From an uncultured virus (IMG/VR IMGVR_UViG_3300014204_000136) (lineage: Duplodnaviria; Heunggongvirae; Uroviricota; Caudoviricetes), in the IMG/VR virus record IMGVR_UViG_3300014204_000136: a DNA stretch of 64,000 nt; one strand, 5' to 3'. A program made the position numbers and the translations under genes. Position 1 is the first letter of the stretch. Each line of letters opens with the position of its first letter. Positions 61,311-64,000 of the stretch are shown here, in pieces. The notes under the pieces were generated by a model, which saw only the letters and a list, made by a program, of their open reading frames with translations, had not been told where the DNA came from and searched no databases.

Positions 61311-64000
61311 TTATAAGCAATTAAGTTCGTGTCTAAGTTCTTCATCTGTCATCTGACTTACTATTTCCCTTGTCTGTTCTGGCATAGTACCATATTTTTT
61401 ATTTAAATCTGCCCACTGACGTACTGTTGGTGTAGGTCTTGTTAATATAATATTTGTTTCATTTAATATATCAGACAATGCGTGAGCTTGATTTATTTCT
61501 GTAGTAGAAAACATATCTGTTAATACTCTACCATAAGCATTATTGCCAAGTTCTTGTATTAAGTCAGGATTTTCATTTGCCCATTCTACCCATAAAGCTT
61601 TATATTTATTCCACGATTCTTCTTGAGACATGTTATTTAAAGGTGGCTTACCCTTACCTTCTTCCCTTGTAGAATAACCTTTTATATCTGTTTGATATAT
61701 ATCTTCTATAGATCTATTGTTATGAGATTTTAATGTAGCATTAAAAGCACTAAATCTTTTATCACCTTTAGTAGTTACTTCATAACTATTATCTGATTTT
61801 CTAGACCAAGTATAAGTATTTTTATTACTAGTAGTATTAAATAAGTTACCTTGAGTATATGTAGTTGGTATAGTAGTATCTTGTTTATTATTATCAGTTG
61901 GCTCACCCTCAGTGTAATCAAGTATAATATCCTTAACTACAGTATCATAAGGATTTGCGGTTGTAGGATATATATCATCGAGATATAAAAACTCACCACC
62001 TTTCAATGCATCATTACTGTTAATAGCAGACATAACTAAGTTATTTTCAAAGTATTCATATTCCTCACCATCACGAATATATTCACCTCCCTCATTATTA
62101 CTAGTAATTATACTTTCATTTATAAAGTATTCCTTAACAGTTACAACACCACGTTCACTACTTTTCCTTGGTATAGTCTTATATACAGGATATGTTAATG
62201 TACCTGTATGTTTACCATCATCACTTGTATATTGTTTCTGTATCACACCTATGAATTGCATAAAGTGTGGATATAGAATATTGTCAAGTGACTGATATCT
62301 TGTAGCAAATTTCTTGAATACTGGTATACCTGCCCTATTAACACCCAAGAATAAACTAGAAGTTTTAGTTCTCTTCTCTAAGTCATGAGGATTACCAATA
62401 AATACCTTAGTTAATTGTGCTAACTTGTCTGTATATTCACCATTCTTCTTTACTATAGATAACTCTAAAGTACTATCATTATTATTAATAGATGGCACTA
62501 TACGTTTATTATACCAGTTATTCTTGAATACTTCATCTATATACTTTGATAAACTAGGTGTGGCTAACTTATCGGCTAACTCGGCTTTCTTATTGTAAAT
62601 ATATTCATTAAATGATACGATACTACCATCCTTAAGTTTCAATTCCTTGAACATAATTGGTGGTAAAATATTGAAAAATGAATTTAATTTATTCCTAAAA
62701 CCACTGGTAGCAAATGAGTACATAAACAGTTGTACTGCAAAATTATGCACACTCTCTGCTAATGCAACTTCCTCAGGATTCTTTGGATCACCATGAAATG
62801 TCAATAGATCAAGTATAGCATACATGTAATCATCATTATTGAGTTTATCTTTAAATGATTTACGTGCTACTGCAAGATATGAATTGAATGGCATCTCTAA
62901 TGAAGTATCAACATTTAAGGTATTAAATAATTTAATGATAGTATTTTCAGATAATAACTTTGATAATGGTTTGTCTGAATACTTAATGATAGATAACATC
63001 TTAGGTACATTCTGTAGATTATATATAAGATTACTATCACTATAACCAAAACCATTCTGTAATGCAGGATCAAAGAAGAACTCACCACACATCGAAGCAA
63101 ATACTTCATCTGCTATAGTATTAAGTAACTTACCATCAAGAGTAGTAGAGTTACCACTTATATCAAGTATAGCACTAACTATATCTTTAAAACCATCAGT
63201 AGCATATATTGTTAACTTAGGCATTATCTCCATTAAGAACTTAACAGAGTTACGGTAATAAGGACCTATTAAACTCTCACCATTAACTATTTTATCAGTT
63301 GGGAATAGTTTGCCCTCATTTATAAACTTGTTAGATGCCATAAAATCTTTGATTCGCTTGTCGAAGTTAATTACTTCTGTAATGCTACTACCATACTTCT
63401 TTGTATCTATCTTAGATAATTGGACTAGAGTATTAAGATCTTTACCAATCTTATCAAAATATTCAAATAAATTTAACATCTGTAACTGATGTATTATTTG
63501 ATTCCTATATTTATTCTTTATTTCATTCTGTTTTGCAGTTGTTTCTTCTGTAGATAAATTTGGATCTATAGAATCTAATTCTGATTGTATGTCATCTATG
63601 TTAAATTTAAGATTCTTTTGTAACAAATCATCTGCTGTTAATTCTTTAACTATATTATTTGAGAAACCACGATCAAGTACTTTATCCTTTTCCATAACAC
63701 CTTCTGGTGTAAGAAAACTCGTATATCTGGCCCTTAGTTCATCCATAACGTACCATTTAGTCCTATACAGAGCAAGTTTATTATCTCGTTCTGTATTGTT
63801 TGCCATGAATGCATATTCTTTTAAAATAGGTTGAGTAAGTATCTTGAATGTCTTAAGACCACAACCACCACGTAACATCAATGCTACAAAGTTATATGTA
63901 TTTTTATTTACATTTAACCTCATTATATAGTTGTCTTTGGCTAAGTCAACATGAGAGTCAATCATTGCAGATAACCACCCAAGAATACTTAAACCATCCT
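61311..64000 (-). CDS. C-terminal part of a giant virion protein, probably the crAss virion RNA polymerase (partial)
   Basis: frame stays open to the window edge (DGLSILGWLSAMIDSHVDLAKD...); VDLAKD..I..LNVN..T motif recalled from crAss RNAP; catalytic DxDxD not in window. Confidence 0.6.
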   Translation of the reverse strand, partial: DGLSILGWLSAMIDSHVDLAKDNYIMRLNVNKNTYNFVALMLRGGCGLKTFKILTQPILKEYAFMANNTERDNKLALYRTKWYVMDELRARYTSFLTPEGVMEKDKVLDRGFSNNIVKELTADDLLQKNLKFNIDDIQSELDSIDPNLSTEETTAKQNEIKNKYRNQIIHQLQMLNLFEYFDKIGKDLNTLVQLSKIDTKKYGSSITEVINFDKRIKDFMASNKFINEGKLFPTDKIVNGESLIGPYYRNSVKFLMEIMPKLTIYATDGFKDIVSAILDISGNSTTLDGKLLNTIADEVFASMCGEFFFDPALQNGFGYSDSNLIYNLQNVPKMLSIIKYSDKPLSKLLSENTIIKLFNTLNVDTSLEMPFNSYLAVARKSFKDKLNNDDYMYAILDLLTFHGDPKNPEEVALAESVHNFAVQLFMYSFATSGFRNKLNSFFNILPPIMFKELKLKDGSIVSFNEYIYNKKAELADKLATPSLSKYIDEVFKNNWYNKRIVPSINNNDSTLELSIVKKNGEYTDKLAQLTKVFIGNPHDLEKRTKTSSLFLGVNRAGIPVFKKFATRYQSLDNILYPHFMQFIGVIQKQYTSDDGKHTGTLTYPVYKTIPRKSSERGVVTVKEYFINESIITSNNEGGEYIRDGEEYEYFENNLVMSAINSNDALKGGEFLYLDDIYPTTANPYDTVVKDIILDYTEGEPTDNNKQDTTIPTTYTQGNLFNTTSNKNTYTWSRKSDNSYEVTTKGDKRFSAFNATLKSHNNRSIEDIYQTDIKGYSTREEGKGKPPLNNMSQEESWNKYKALWVEWANENPDLIQELGNNAYGRVLTDMFSTTEINQAHALSDILNETNIILTRPTPTVRQWADLNKKYGTMPEQTREIVSQMTDEELRHELNCL

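Noticed and set aside
1..64000. Stop-codon reassignment (TAG or TGA), known in some crAss-like phages
   Set aside because: All large genes are intact in code 11, TGA and TAG end several genes, and no suppressor tRNA was seen. The only in-frame TGA I found is in the homing endonuclease.
1..64000. CRISPR array, DGR or retron
   Set aside because: No regularly spaced repeats, no reverse transcriptase and no TR/VR pair seen

Overview
A 64-kb, AT-rich segment of a crAss-like (Crassvirales-type) phage genome, most likely infecting a Bacteroidota host, read in standard code 11. It has three blocks. (1) Leftward late block, 1-15.55 kb: capsid-associated genes, major capsid protein, scaffold-like protein, portal, terminase, HU/IHF-like, ParB-like and GroES-like genes. 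(2) Rightward early/middle block, 15.78-54.9 kb: many small ORFs, tmRNA, tRNA-Leu(UAA), tRNA-Ile(GAU), two aberrant tRNA-like RNAs, a bL12-domain protein, an ECF sigma factor, a ~1.6-kb ORF-free structured region, M23 peptidase, class II RNR, metallophosphoesterase, PolB, a DnaB helicase split by a group I intron carrying a broken GIY-YIG gene, AAA ATPase, SSB-like protein, primase and nucleases. (3) Leftward giant virion proteins, 55.0-64.0 kb, including the C-terminal part of the probable virion RNA polymerase. Most interesting: a rich noncoding-RNA layer (a giant ncRNA candidate next to an apparently dead adenylate-forming enzyme, a structured late RNA, recurrent long-stem RNA cassettes, tRNA mimics) and recurring TGAAAC-N16/17-CGTA promoters that fit the phage's own ECF sigma factor. 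Family calls come from motif recognition by eye; no searches were run.
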